Assembly (NCBI GenBank): GCA_951812525.1
Contig: OX638316.1
Coordinates: 964,653-1,028,652, forward strand
DNA length: 64,000 nucleotides
Origin: an uncultured Poribacteria bacterium
GTDB taxonomy: Bacteria; Poribacteria; WGA-4E; WGA-3G
Direction of reading: 5' to 3'
In this document: in pieces, positions 1-9,953 of the stretch
How the letters are laid out: each line of letters opens with the position of its first letter
How positions within the stretch are numbered: position 1 is the stretch's first letter
Notes under the pieces: model-generated
The model's input: the letters and a program-made list of their open reading frames with translations, nothing else
What the model was told of the DNA's origin: nothing
Database searches by the model: none
Translations under genes and position numbers: made by a program

Positions 1-458
1 CGTGTCGTCGGCGCAATAGCGATATAACCTTCCTCGACGGCTGCCTGCCGCGCGATGTCCCGCTCACCTTCCAGCATGTGTGCCTCTTCTGCTTCCGTAT
101 GCGCAATACCAGCGTAAAGATGCGGATGGTTATGTCCGTGCGGGGCGAGTATCAGTGGTAGTTTGCCTTTGATTTCCTTGGGACGAAGGAGGTAGAAGGG
201 CAACGGCACCGTCGGCTCTACCCACAGATACCAACTCTCACGAAAATGGTTGTCCATGTCCAAGACTTCCAGCTGTTCAGCCCTTGGGATATAGTCTGCC
301 AGATCGGATTCCATATTGTCTAAACCGAGGATTTCCCGCAGCTTCGGACGAAAAGCCGCTTGCCACGCCAAAAACCCTTCGCGTGAGGTTTCCCGAAATT
401 CATACTGTCTCGGAACAGTGGCATATAAGTTCTCAAAATGTGATACAGCATTATACAT
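1..458 (-). CDS. alpha/beta hydrolase family protein (dienelactone hydrolase/acetyl-xylan-esterase-like), 3' end outside the window
   Basis: Not in the ORF track; translated by hand from ATG at 458 (GGAGAGG RBS): MYNAVSHFENLY...WQAAFRPKLREILGL...PFYLLRPKEIKGKLPLILAPHGH...EEGYIAIAPTT, open to the window edge. Confidence 0.7.
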   Translation of the reverse strand, partial: MYNAVSHFENLYATVPRQYEFRETSREGFLAWQAAFRPKLREILGLDNMESDLADYIPRAEQLEVLDMDNHFRESWYLWVEPTVPLPFYLLRPKEIKGKLPLILAPHGHNHPHLYAGIAHTEAEEAHMLEGERDIARQAAVEEGYIAIAPTT

Positions 459-489
459 TGCAATCCTCTCCTCTATAGCGTCGGTTCGC

Positions 490-517
490 TTGACAAAATT
501 CGCTGCCGTGGTATAAT
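490..517 (+). promoter_or_regulatory. sigma70-type promoter
   Basis: TTGACA-16bp-TATAAT with extended TG, upstream of the epimerase gene. Confidence 0.6.
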
Positions 518-597
518 GTGCATAATCATAGACGACACCTGCAGACCTGTCAACTGAATTCAGTAAACCGTTGTACAGGGGCGTACGAAAGGTTTTT

Positions 598-1482
598 ATG
601 AAAATATTAATAACTGGCGCAAGCGGTAGACTTGGCACGTATGTAATTCGAGAATTGGCTGAAGAACACTCGCTGGTGCTCATGTCTCGCAGAAACCCAC
701 CCGATGAATTTGCACATCTCCCATTTATTCAAGGCGACCTGAACAATTTTGAGGACTGCCAACGCGCAGTTGAAGGTGTAGACGCAATCCAACACCTCGG
801 TGCACAACCCAACCCGGTCGATCATCCAGATTCACGGGCAGATGCAGCAGAAAAAGGTATTCCGTTCGATGCAACCTTCAAGACAAATATGCTCGGCACC
901 TATTACCTCTTGCAAGCCGCAATTGCTGCAGATGTCCACACTATCGTGATGTGCGGCAGTAATTGCGCATTAGGGCACGGCTTCCGCATTAGTAAAACCC
1001 ATATCCCAGTAGACTATCTACCCTTCGATGAAGAACATCCCTGTTACCCCGAAGATTCCTATAGCTTCTCCAAACGCTGCGGTGAGGATTTATTAGCAAG
1101 CTACACCCGTGCGTATGGCATCCGAACCTACGTTACGCGTCCCGCCGGTATCAGCCCAGAAGAACGGCGAAATCAGATGAAAGCAAACGCCAAACCAACA
1201 ACCAGTTGGACACCGTGGCTCTGGTGTTGGGTAGGAAGTGAAGACGTGGCGAGCGCACACCGCCTGCTCATGGAAAAAGCGGACACTCTACCGCCACACG
1301 ATGTCTATTTCCTGAACGCCGATGATACCTCAGCGTTGGAACCCTCTCAGGAGCTGGTCGAGCGTTTTAAACCCGATCTCCTTCCGAAAGTGCGAACACT
1401 TCAAGGGCACCAATCCTTTATCAATTGCGATAAACTCAAAGCCGCTGTCGGGTGGCGTCACGAAACATCATGGCGGGAATAG
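598..1482 (+). CDS. NAD-dependent epimerase/dehydratase (extended SDR)
   Basis: MKILITGASGRLG Rossmann motif, YSFSK catalytic YxxxK; ATG at 598 preferred. Confidence 0.85.
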   Translation: MKILITGASGRLGTYVIRELAEEHSLVLMSRRNPPDEFAHLPFIQGDLNNFEDCQRAVEGVDAIQHLGAQPNPVDHPDSRADAAEKGIPFDATFKTNMLGTYYLLQAAIAADVHTIVMCGSNCALGHGFRISKTHIPVDYLPFDEEHPCYPEDSYSFSKRCGEDLLASYTRAYGIRTYVTRPAGISPEERRNQMKANAKPTTSWTPWLWCWVGSEDVASAHRLLMEKADTLPPHDVYFLNADDTSALEPSQELVERFKPDLLPKVRTLQGHQSFINCDKLKAAVGWRHETSWRE

Positions 1483-1526
1483 AAAAGCATTAGCAGTCAG
1501 CATAATAACGATCAGCCATCAGCAGT

Positions 1527-1642
1527 TATGATGAATTATGAAAATACATATACATTTCAGGGCTCTTCTGTAGGAGGGATTTCCGAATCCCGACGTATGC
1601 TCACAGATGCCTAATGTATACGTAATTCTAAAATTCACCATA
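1527..1642. mobile_element. TA-ended MITE with ~30 bp imperfect terminal inverted repeats, containing a GTAG-REP hairpin
   Basis: Left TATGATGAATTATGAAAATACATATACATT vs reverse complement of right TATGGTGAATTTTAGAATTACGTATACATT (24/30); the right two-thirds is near-identical to 10255-10333. Confidence 0.6.
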
Positions 1643-1739
1643 GTAGGGCGTTGTCGATATTATAAACGTTCTAACGGCAACATACAAGTTACTGAAAGCC
1701 GACTGCTGACAGTCGAAAGCCAAAATTGGAGGAATCATC

Positions 1740-2822
1740 ATGGCAACCAGCGATAGAGTACGGATTGGTGTTGTCGGAGTCGGGAGCATCGCTGTGCGCG
1801 GCATTCTGCCACACCTCACACAAGACGATGTCCAAGATAGATTAGAAGTAACCGCCGTTTGTGACCCCGTTCCCGGTAGGGCACAAGCCGCATCTGAAAG
1901 ATTCGGTGTCCCCCACGCCTACGAAACATACGAGGCACTTTTAGAAGACGGACATGTAGACGCTGTCAGCATTGCATCACCTATCGGTCTTCATTACGGA
2001 CAGGGCAAACTCGCTATTGATCACGGGATCCATGCACATTTTAATAAAACGATGACAACCACTGTTGACGAAGCGGACGATCTCATCGAATCAGCAGCGC
2101 GCAACAGTGTAAAATTGGTGGCATCCCCAGGGGAAATGCTCCGTCCGATCCACCAAGAAATTCGCAGACGCATTGATGACGGTGCCATCGGAACGTTAAC
2201 TTGGGCAGCTGCCGGATCCGCATTCGGAAGATACCATGAAAACGAATCCGTTAGACACGGAGATGACCCACTCTCTAACATCAATCCGGCGTGGTATTTC
2301 CGTAAACCCGGTGGCGGACCGTTGTACGACATGACCGTTTATGGTTTGCATACAATGACAGGCATCCTCGGACCCGCGCAACGTGTAACGGCGTTTTCTG
2401 GTGTTCGTCTTAAAGAACGTGAATTCCGAGGCGAGATGCTTCCATGCGACATGGACGACAACACCTTTATTCTTGTTGACTTCGGCAAGGCGTTCTACGG
2501 CTTTGTCTACGGTGCTGCCGCCGGTTCTGTCGTCAGAGGTAGGTTAGCAATTCACGGCACTGCTGGTACAATTGAGGGAAATTTGTTGAACGGTGAACCC
2601 ATTGATGCACCAGACGGAGAATTACCACACGTTGTAGGACCCCATCGAGAGATCCAAGAATCCCACGTCTACGAAGACATTATGCAGTTAGTAGATTGGA
2701 TACGAGAAGACAAACCAACGATTGTTACAGCGGAGCATGCCCGGCATGTCATAGAGATTTTCGATGCCGGCTACAGGTCTGCCCAAACAGGCGAAGCGCA
2801 AGACTTGCGGACGACATTTTGA
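1740..2822 (+). CDS. Gfo/Idh/MocA family oxidoreductase
   Basis: RIGVVGVGSIA Rossmann motif, GGGPLYDMTVY, NKTM in place of EKP; GGAGG RBS. Confidence 0.88.
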   Translation: MATSDRVRIGVVGVGSIAVRGILPHLTQDDVQDRLEVTAVCDPVPGRAQAASERFGVPHAYETYEALLEDGHVDAVSIASPIGLHYGQGKLAIDHGIHAHFNKTMTTTVDEADDLIESAARNSVKLVASPGEMLRPIHQEIRRRIDDGAIGTLTWAAAGSAFGRYHENESVRHGDDPLSNINPAWYFRKPGGGPLYDMTVYGLHTMTGILGPAQRVTAFSGVRLKEREFRGEMLPCDMDDNTFILVDFGKAFYGFVYGAAAGSVVRGRLAIHGTAGTIEGNLLNGEPIDAPDGELPHVVGPHREIQESHVYEDIMQLVDWIREDKPTIVTAEHARHVIEIFDAGYRSAQTGEAQDLRTTF

Positions 2823-2835
2823 AGGAATAGTTTCT

Positions 2836-3786
2836 ATGCCAAAAGCTTTATGTATCGGTGAACTCCTCATCGACTTCGTGTCTACAACACCTGATGTAAC
2901 ACTCGCCGAAGCACCAGGGTTCGTTAAAGCCCCCGGCGGCGCGCCCGCCAACGTCGCTGTCGGCTTAGCCAAACTCGGTATAGACGCTGGATTTATCGGG
3001 AAAGTGGGGGCGGATGCATTCGGTAATTTCCTGAGCGAAACGCTGCAACAAAACAGCGTGGACACTGAATACCTCATCGCCGGAGAAACATCCCGGACCA
3101 CTCTGGCTTTCGTCGCCACACGTTCCGATGGCATGAAAGACATTACCTTCTACCGGCATCCAGGCGCCGATATCCAACTCTCTCCAGACGAAATCGATAC
3201 AAGTTACATCCAATCAGCAGAACTTTTTCACTACGGTTCCGTCAGCCTGAGCCATTCGCCGAGCCGTGAGGCAACACTCCACGCAATCCGGTCGGCAAAA
3301 GCAGGCGGCGCGATGCTTTCCTACGACCCGAACTTGCGGTTGATGTTATGGGACAACGCCGATGATGCCAAGCACTGGATCTGGGAGGTAATGCCCTACG
3401 CAGATGTCGTCAAAATATCAGAAGAAGAATGGGAATTTGTTACCGGAAACGCTGAACTAACAGGCGGGATTGAACGTATCCTTGGACTTGGCGTAACGTT
3501 GCTCGTTGTCACGTTAGGGGAGCGCGGATGCTATTACACGAACGGCACTGTTGACGGTTATGTTGACGGTTTCGCTGTTGACGTTGTGGATACACTCGGC
3601 GCAGGGGACGCATTCGTCGCCGCCATGCTCATGCAATTGATGCAGCACGAAGACCTTCAATCACTTGATGCATCTTTACTTGAGACAATCATGCGTTATG
3701 CGAACGCCGCAGGTGCGTTGGCAACACAAAAAGTAGGCGTAATTCCTGCATTGCCAACGTCGTCTGAGATTGAGCAGTTCCTATAG
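2836..3786 (+). CDS. PfkB family carbohydrate kinase (fructokinase-like)
   Basis: GELLID, GGAPANVA, YDPNLR, DTLGAGDAF signatures; ATG at 2836. Confidence 0.9.
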   Translation: MPKALCIGELLIDFVSTTPDVTLAEAPGFVKAPGGAPANVAVGLAKLGIDAGFIGKVGADAFGNFLSETLQQNSVDTEYLIAGETSRTTLAFVATRSDGMKDITFYRHPGADIQLSPDEIDTSYIQSAELFHYGSVSLSHSPSREATLHAIRSAKAGGAMLSYDPNLRLMLWDNADDAKHWIWEVMPYADVVKISEEEWEFVTGNAELTGGIERILGLGVTLLVVTLGERGCYYTNGTVDGYVDGFAVDVVDTLGAGDAFVAAMLMQLMQHEDLQSLDASLLETIMRYANAAGALATQKVGVIPALPTSSEIEQFL

Positions 3787-3803
3787 AAAAAAAGAGCGTC
3801 TAT

Positions 3804-5765
3804 CTACTGTAACGTTATCAATATCGGTTCAACGCCGAGCGTATCTTGAATACGTTGTCGAAGATCCGCCGCTTCTTCGCGTTCACTGAATTCCCCTATT
3901 GTTACGCGGTGCCTCGTTTTACCATCAACAGTGGCGATGTGTATAGCCACCTTCTGACTCGGATTTTGATGCTGCAGTTGCGCCTCCATCTGCTCAGCGT
4001 AGAAGGGCTCCACAAACGAACCTACCATGAGAGTCAGTTTGGGTTCTAACGCGCCTGATGGTTGATATTCTGCTTCAAAAGCTTCATGATCCTCTATTCC
4101 GAAATGCAATTCTACTTGTTGGGCACTCTGGTTGCCCGCTATATCCTCAACGCTCAGCTTACAAATATACGGGGCAAGTGGTTGTCCTTGTACCTCGATT
4201 AAAACGATCTCTGCTGGCGGTACACCATCCGCTTCCATCTGTTCAATTAGCACATTGTCCGTGTTATAAAGTTCCAGTCTCCAATGTGCAAGCGGATTAA
4301 GGTCCAAAGTTTTTATGCCGATGGTGGTTGATGCCTTCTTAAAGAGTTCTATTGTCGTCGGAATGAGATCCACCGTTACCTTCTTACTATCTCTGAGATC
4401 TGATCTCCCGTGTGCATCGAAAACATGCAACTGCGCTTCGTAGTCGCCATCGGGAACCAAGTCCCCAGTATCGGCGATACCATCCCAAGTGATACCTGCT
4501 GAAGGAGAACCGCTCCCCGATTGCTCCCAGACACTTTCAGTGTATGCATCAACGAGCATCAACAACCACTTATCATTTGCGTCAACCGCAAAGTGGAATG
4601 TGGTGGTATCCGCAAAGCCGTCATTATTCGGCGAAATTGCGGGTTTGGAGACCTGAAGTTTTCCAAAAGATACCTCGGACACGGTATCTGTTGTAAGTGT
4701 TGCCGGCATTAAAATAGGGACACCTTCATCGACATCAGCGGTCTCGGTTAGGATAGGCTCTGGTAGAGGAGCCGCGTCACTCGCACCCCAACGTAAAGTC
4801 GCCGAAATCCAATGGACAGATTGATCCAATTCCCTGCCAGTAACGTAGGCATAATCAAGTTGTCCCGATGAATTTCGGAAACTAAATCCGCGCGCCCATT
4901 CTCCACCCCAGAACCGCTCAGAAGCCGTTAGCGCAGTATACCCTACCCGTAGACCTACATGTCCATTAATCAGCCACCGTTCTGCACCGAGATGTAACCT
5001 GAGCCTGTCACCCCAACTCCCGTCGTTTTCACCGCGTACAGCAAGATCCGCAGAAAACAACGTTTCACCGCCTAACTGGTATGTCGTTCCAAAACGCGCC
5101 GCTAACGGAGGATCCTCAAGGAGTACACCGTCTACCCGAATCCCGTTACTCAATTCGGATAGATTCATGCCGACTGTCACTTCGTCGCCCCATTTCTCCA
5201 ACGGATAAGCAAATTGCATCCCCAAATCTACACTCCAGAGGAAGTTTGTTCTGATAGGCGTATTGTTTTGATAATACCGAAGGTTCGCTCCTGCCGACGC
5301 GCTCTGTCCTAACGCAAGTCCGTAGCCCAAGAGCACAATTTGTGTAGACTCAGTAGTATCACCCTTCCAACCGTCAAGCCAAGTAGCGAAGGATAGATTA
5401 CCGAGATTTCTATCCGTTAAACCGAAAGTATGTGGATTCGCAGCGACTGAAAATGCCTGCTCCAGTCCAGATGGTCCCCCGGAAAACGGCATGCCACCCA
5501 TATTCACTTCGACCCCATCCATAAATCCGAGTGAAGAGGGGTTCCAAAGAAATCCATTCGTTGCGGCGGGGCCCGCCGTAAATGCGCTCCCCATACCGAC
5601 AGCACGGGCACTTGCGCCAACAAAAATATCCCGTTGTCCTATTCCAGAAGCCCACGCAGCAGCGGAAACAATAAGAAAAACTATTATTATCAGACTCATG
5701 ACTTGTAAAATCCGGATCGACGGTTGCCTGGTAAATTTAAGAAAATTTAATTGCATTGGAAACAC
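3804..5765 (-). CDS. outer-membrane PorV/FadL-like barrel + FlgD/CHU_C Ig-like domain + SPOR domain protein
   Basis: Signal peptide; GASARAVGMGSAFTA...WNPSSLG; ISPNNDG...WDG...GDLVPDGDY; C-terminal VGSF...HRVTIGEFSEREEA. True start may be 5699. Confidence 0.7.
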   Translation of the reverse strand: MFPMQLNFLKFTRQPSIRILQVMSLIIIVFLIVSAAAWASGIGQRDIFVGASARAVGMGSAFTAGPAATNGFLWNPSSLGFMDGVEVNMGGMPFSGGPSGLEQAFSVAANPHTFGLTDRNLGNLSFATWLDGWKGDTTESTQIVLLGYGLALGQSASAGANLRYYQNNTPIRTNFLWSVDLGMQFAYPLEKWGDEVTVGMNLSELSNGIRVDGVLLEDPPLAARFGTTYQLGGETLFSADLAVRGENDGSWGDRLRLHLGAERWLINGHVGLRVGYTALTASERFWGGEWARGFSFRNSSGQLDYAYVTGRELDQSVHWISATLRWGASDAAPLPEPILTETADVDEGVPILMPATLTTDTVSEVSFGKLQVSKPAISPNNDGFADTTTFHFAVDANDKWLLMLVDAYTESVWEQSGSGSPSAGITWDGIADTGDLVPDGDYEAQLHVFDAHGRSDLRDSKKVTVDLIPTTIELFKKASTTIGIKTLDLNPLAHWRLELYNTDNVLIEQMEADGVPPAEIVLIEVQGQPLAPYICKLSVEDIAGNQSAQQVELHFGIEDHEAFEAEYQPSGALEPKLTLMVGSFVEPFYAEQMEAQLQHQNPSQKVAIHIATVDGKTRHRVTIGEFSEREEAADLRQRIQDTLGVEPILITLQ

Positions 5766-6142
5766 TCCATTTTTCTCACAGTTCGCTTACCTACGCGTAA
5801 GCCCTATATATCTTTATCTATAAAACCCATATCCCACAATACACCTACGAGCACGATTTTTTAAAACTTCTCTTCCACAAACGCTAAGCCTAAGTTTTGC
5901 CCACTATCTTTAACGCCAAATTCACAAAAATCGGTACACACCAGACAATAACACTGCAAGCAAGGAACACCAAAAACTTGTATCATCTTGCTGATTGCTA
6001 ACGTAAAAATAGATGTGCTTTTTGGCAACCAAAAACTGAAGCCCTTTATAACTTGAATCCAAAATTTGATTTAAAAATAGGTTTTTGCTATAATGCAGCT
6101 CAAAACAACACCTTCAGTGAAAAGTGAAAGGAGATTCCGGTC

Positions 6143-7021
6143 ATGCAAGATTTTGGGTATATTGCCGCGAAAACGGTATCAGAAGCCGTTGCTCTACTTG
6201 ACGAAAAAGGACAGACCGCACGCATCTTAGCTGGTGGTACCGACCTCATCGTCCAAGTCAGGGAAGCTCGGCGAGACGTTGACTGGATGATCGATATCAA
6301 ATCCATCCCCGAGGTCAATGTATTAGACTACAATGCAGACACCGGCTTAACGCTTGGTGCTGCTGTCGAATGTTTTAAGATTTATGCTGTTGATGAAATC
6401 TGCGATGCCTATCCAGGCTTAATTGATGCGACCAAAATTATTGGTGGCACTGCCATCCAAGGACGCGCCGGTGTCGGTGGTAACTTATGCAACGCTTCGC
6501 CCGCCGCAGATTGTATACCACCATTAATTGTGCTAAATGCCTCCTGTGTTATCGCCGGCCCAAATGGTGAACGCGAACTACCAGCCGAACAATTCTGTAC
6601 TGGACCTGGACAAACTGCGTTGGAAAACGGTGAGATGCTTGTCTCTCTGAAGATACCCGCACCCGCAAGCAATTCAAGCTCCTTCTACCTCCGGTTCATC
6701 CCGCGTAATGAGATGGATATCGCTGTCGTCGGTGCCGGTGCCTCTGTGACGCTTGACGACGCTAAGCAGACAATCGTTTCTGCTCGGATCGCGCTCGGTG
6801 CTGTTGCACCAACGCCGCTCTTCGCAGAAGAAGCAAGTGCGCTACTTACCGGTCGAGAAGTCTCTGATGCCACTATTGACGAAGCCGCACAAGCCGCACA
6901 AGCCATCGCACGTCCGATTAGCGATATGCGTGGCACGGCAGAACAGCGGACACACCTCGTTGGTGTGCTGACACGGCGTGCACTTAACGGCGCAATTCAG
7001 AGAATCCGAGACGCAGCATAA
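6143..7021 (+). CDS. xanthine dehydrogenase/CoxM family FAD-binding subunit
   Basis: LAGGTDL, GGNLCNASPAAD, ARIALGAVAPTP, PISDMRG. Confidence 0.9.
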   Translation: MQDFGYIAAKTVSEAVALLDEKGQTARILAGGTDLIVQVREARRDVDWMIDIKSIPEVNVLDYNADTGLTLGAAVECFKIYAVDEICDAYPGLIDATKIIGGTAIQGRAGVGGNLCNASPAADCIPPLIVLNASCVIAGPNGERELPAEQFCTGPGQTALENGEMLVSLKIPAPASNSSSFYLRFIPRNEMDIAVVGAGASVTLDDAKQTIVSARIALGAVAPTPLFAEEASALLTGREVSDATIDEAAQAAQAIARPISDMRGTAEQRTHLVGVLTRRALNGAIQRIRDAA

Positions 7022-7122
7022 GGTCTGCACGATCAGCAATTGGCACGGGTCGATTAACTTCTGCCTCTATAGGAAGGACAACAATTTTCCTTCTGGACTA
7101 AACGCGAAAGGAACTCATAACT

Positions 7123-7593
7123 ATGGCGAGAAAATCGCACGTTCAAACCACTATCAATGGTGAAACGGTGGAATTTCTCTGTGAATCCCGACAAAGTCTG
7201 TTGGAAGTTCTCAGAGATGAACTCCACCTCACAGGTGCTAAAGAGGGATGCAACAACGGAAATTGCGGTGCCTGTAGCGTCATTCTTGACGGCAGACTCG
7301 TCAATTCATGCCTCGTACTTGGTGTGGAAACTGAAGGCAAATCCGTCGAAACTATCGAAGGAGTCGCCGAACCTGACAAACTGCACCCCATCCAAGATGC
7401 TTTCCTCGAGAACGCCGCGCTCCAGTGTGGTATCTGTACACCCGGCTTTATTATGAGCACCAAGGCACTTCTGGATCAAAACCCAAACCCAACTGAACAT
7501 GAAATTCGATACTGGTTGGCTGGAAATTTGTGTCGCTGTACCGGTTACGATAAGATTGTTCGTGCTGTGCAAGACGCAGCTGAATCCATGTGA
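7123..7593 (+). CDS. xanthine dehydrogenase/CoxS family 2x[2Fe-2S] subunit
   Basis: GCNNGNCGAC, QCGICTPG, NLCRCTGY. Confidence 0.92.
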   Translation: MARKSHVQTTINGETVEFLCESRQSLLEVLRDELHLTGAKEGCNNGNCGACSVILDGRLVNSCLVLGVETEGKSVETIEGVAEPDKLHPIQDAFLENAALQCGICTPGFIMSTKALLDQNPNPTEHEIRYWLAGNLCRCTGYDKIVRAVQDAAESM

Positions 7594-7622
7594 AAGGAGC
7601 GTCTTTCGACGGGAGATTAAAA

Positions 7623-9878
7623 ATGACTGAAAACAAAGAATACAAAGTTGTTGGAACCCGCCCTATCCGCCATGACGGTGTTGATAAAGTCACGGGCAGG
7701 GCACTTTACGGAGCAGATTTCCAGATCGCAGGACTCCTTCATGGCAGGGTACTTCGGAGTCCGCACGCACACGCCCGAATTCTCTCAATTGACACCAGTC
7801 GTGCCGAGGCACTTCCGGGCGTAAAGGGTGTTGTCACTGCCGCAGACTTGCCTACCGCTGAGGACAGAATCGCAGACTTGGGCGAAGGTGCTGTCAATCT
7901 CAAATATCTCTGCGATAATATTTTCGCCAGTGATAAGGCACTGTACAAGGGGCACGCTGTCGCCGCTGTCGCTGCGACGAATCCGCATATCGCAGAAGAA
8001 GCTTGTACACTCATTGATGTCGAATACGAGGTGCTCCCACCTGTCTTAGAGGTGCGCCAAGCGATGGAGCCGGACGCACCGCTCCTCCACGAAAACATAA
8101 AAACCACCTCAATGGGCGAGACCGCTGAGGAACCGAGCAACGTCGCAAGCCATATCCAACACAAACTCGGTGATCCTGAAAAAGGGTTCGCTGAAGCGGA
8201 TATTGTCATTGAACGCGACTTCGTCACAGGCACCGTTCACCAAGGCTATATTGAACCACACAACGCCACAGCACATTTCAATCAGGATGGACAGCTGACC
8301 ATCTGGTGTAGCACGCAAGGGGCATTTACGGTTCGTGAACAGGTCGCCGAAATTCTTCAGCACCCGATTTCCAAAATTAAGGTTGTCCCGATGGAAATTG
8401 GTGGCGGTTTTGGTGGTAAGATCAGCGTCTACATTAAACCTGTCGCAGCACTACTCGCCAAGAAAACAGGGAAACCGGTCAAGGTCCTGATGAGTCGTAC
8501 GGACGTGTTCGAAGGGACGGGACCGACCCCAGCTTCTTACATTCGCGTCAAGATGGGTGCTACCAAAGCCGGAAAGATAACCGCTGCTGAGGCATACCTT
8601 GCTTTTGAGGCAGGTGCTTATCCCGGCTCGCCCGTTGGACCCGGAGCAATGTGTATCTTTGCACCCTATAACATTGAAAACGTCATCATCGACGGTTACG
8701 ATGTCGTTGTGAACAAACCGAAAACCGCTCCTTATCGCGCACCCGGGGCTCCAAACGCCGCTTTCGGTTCAGAGACAGTTCTCGATGAGATCGCCGAAGA
8801 ACTGGGCATTGATCCACTTGAAATCCGGTTAATCAACGCCGCAAAAGAAGGCGACCGCCGGGCAGACGGACCCATTCACCCGCGCATCGGTTTTATCGAA
8901 ACCGTTGAAGCTGCGAAATCGCATCCACACTATACCGCACCGAATGGGAAGAAGCACCACGGTCGCGGTATCGCTTCCGGGTACTGGTTCAATATCGGCT
9001 TGGAATCCAGCGTGACGATTAATGTCAACGCAGATGGAACGATTAACCTAATTGAAGGTTCAACAGACATCGGTGGCACGCGATCCTCCATCGCTATGCA
9101 GGCGGCAGAGGTCCTCGATATCCCCGCTGAATCGGTTAACCCAAGTGTTGTTGATACCAATTCTGTCGGTTACACTGCTGTGACCGGCGGCAGTCGCACA
9201 ACCTACGCAACTGGCTATGCCGCTTATGAAGCCGCACAAGATGTCAAGCGGAAGATGATTGAACGCGCTGCGAAACTTTGGGAAGTCGATGAATCCAACG
9301 TGCAGTTCGCAGATGGTGTGTTTTCATCTATCAACGGTAAAGAGGAACAGATTAGTTTCCGTGATCTGTGTGGTCGCCTCGGTGAAACCGGAGGACCAGT
9401 TGTCGGCAGCGGTACCGTAAATCCTGGGGGTGCCGGTGGTGCTTACGCAACTCACATTGTGGATGTGGTGGTAGACGAGGAAACAGGTAAGGTCGAGGTT
9501 CTTCGCTATACTGCGGTACAGGATGCCGGAAAAGCGATCCATCCGAGTTACGTTGAAGGACAAATCCAAGGCGGTGCCGTTCAAGGCATCGGCTGGGCAT
9601 TGAACGAGGAATATATCTACAATGACGAAGGCGAGATGACCAATGCCAGTTTCCTTGACTATCGAATGCCGACCTGCTTAGATTTACCCATGATTGACGC
9701 TGTTATCGTTGAGGTTCCGAATCCGGGGCATCCGTATGGTGTGCGTGGTGTCGGTGAAGTGCCGATTGTACCACCAATGGCTGCCATCGCCAACGCTATC
9801 TACGATGCAATCGGTATTCGGATGACAGAACTGCCGATGTCACCCAATCGACTCCTAAAAGCGATGGGTAAAATCTAA
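7623..9878 (+). CDS. xanthine dehydrogenase family molybdopterin-binding large subunit
   Basis: DKVTGRA, GGGFGGK, YRAPG, GSRT, GQIQGG, GVGE catalytic Glu; ATG at 7623. Confidence 0.9.
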   Translation: MTENKEYKVVGTRPIRHDGVDKVTGRALYGADFQIAGLLHGRVLRSPHAHARILSIDTSRAEALPGVKGVVTAADLPTAEDRIADLGEGAVNLKYLCDNIFASDKALYKGHAVAAVAATNPHIAEEACTLIDVEYEVLPPVLEVRQAMEPDAPLLHENIKTTSMGETAEEPSNVASHIQHKLGDPEKGFAEADIVIERDFVTGTVHQGYIEPHNATAHFNQDGQLTIWCSTQGAFTVREQVAEILQHPISKIKVVPMEIGGGFGGKISVYIKPVAALLAKKTGKPVKVLMSRTDVFEGTGPTPASYIRVKMGATKAGKITAAEAYLAFEAGAYPGSPVGPGAMCIFAPYNIENVIIDGYDVVVNKPKTAPYRAPGAPNAAFGSETVLDEIAEELGIDPLEIRLINAAKEGDRRADGPIHPRIGFIETVEAAKSHPHYTAPNGKKHHGRGIASGYWFNIGLESSVTINVNADGTINLIEGSTDIGGTRSSIAMQAAEVLDIPAESVNPSVVDTNSVGYTAVTGGSRTTYATGYAAYEAAQDVKRKMIERAAKLWEVDESNVQFADGVFSSINGKEEQISFRDLCGRLGETGGPVVGSGTVNPGGAGGAYATHIVDVVVDEETGKVEVLRYTAVQDAGKAIHPSYVEGQIQGGAVQGIGWALNEEYIYNDEGEMTNASFLDYRMPTCLDLPMIDAVIVEVPNPGHPYGVRGVGEVPIVPPMAAIANAIYDAIGIRMTELPMSPNRLLKAMGKI

Positions 9879-9953
9879 CCCGTAGCAAATTCTGTAGGGC
9901 GAGGTCTCGTGCCTCGCCCTCTTTATCCGCAATTACTGCGACCCCATTCAAAA

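Noticed and set aside
7623-9878. Aerobic CO dehydrogenase (coxMSL) because of the M-S-L gene order
   Set aside because: The large subunit has PYRAPG, not the AYxCSFR (form I) or AYxGAGR (form II) loop; it is a generic xanthine-dehydrogenase-family enzyme of unknown substrate.
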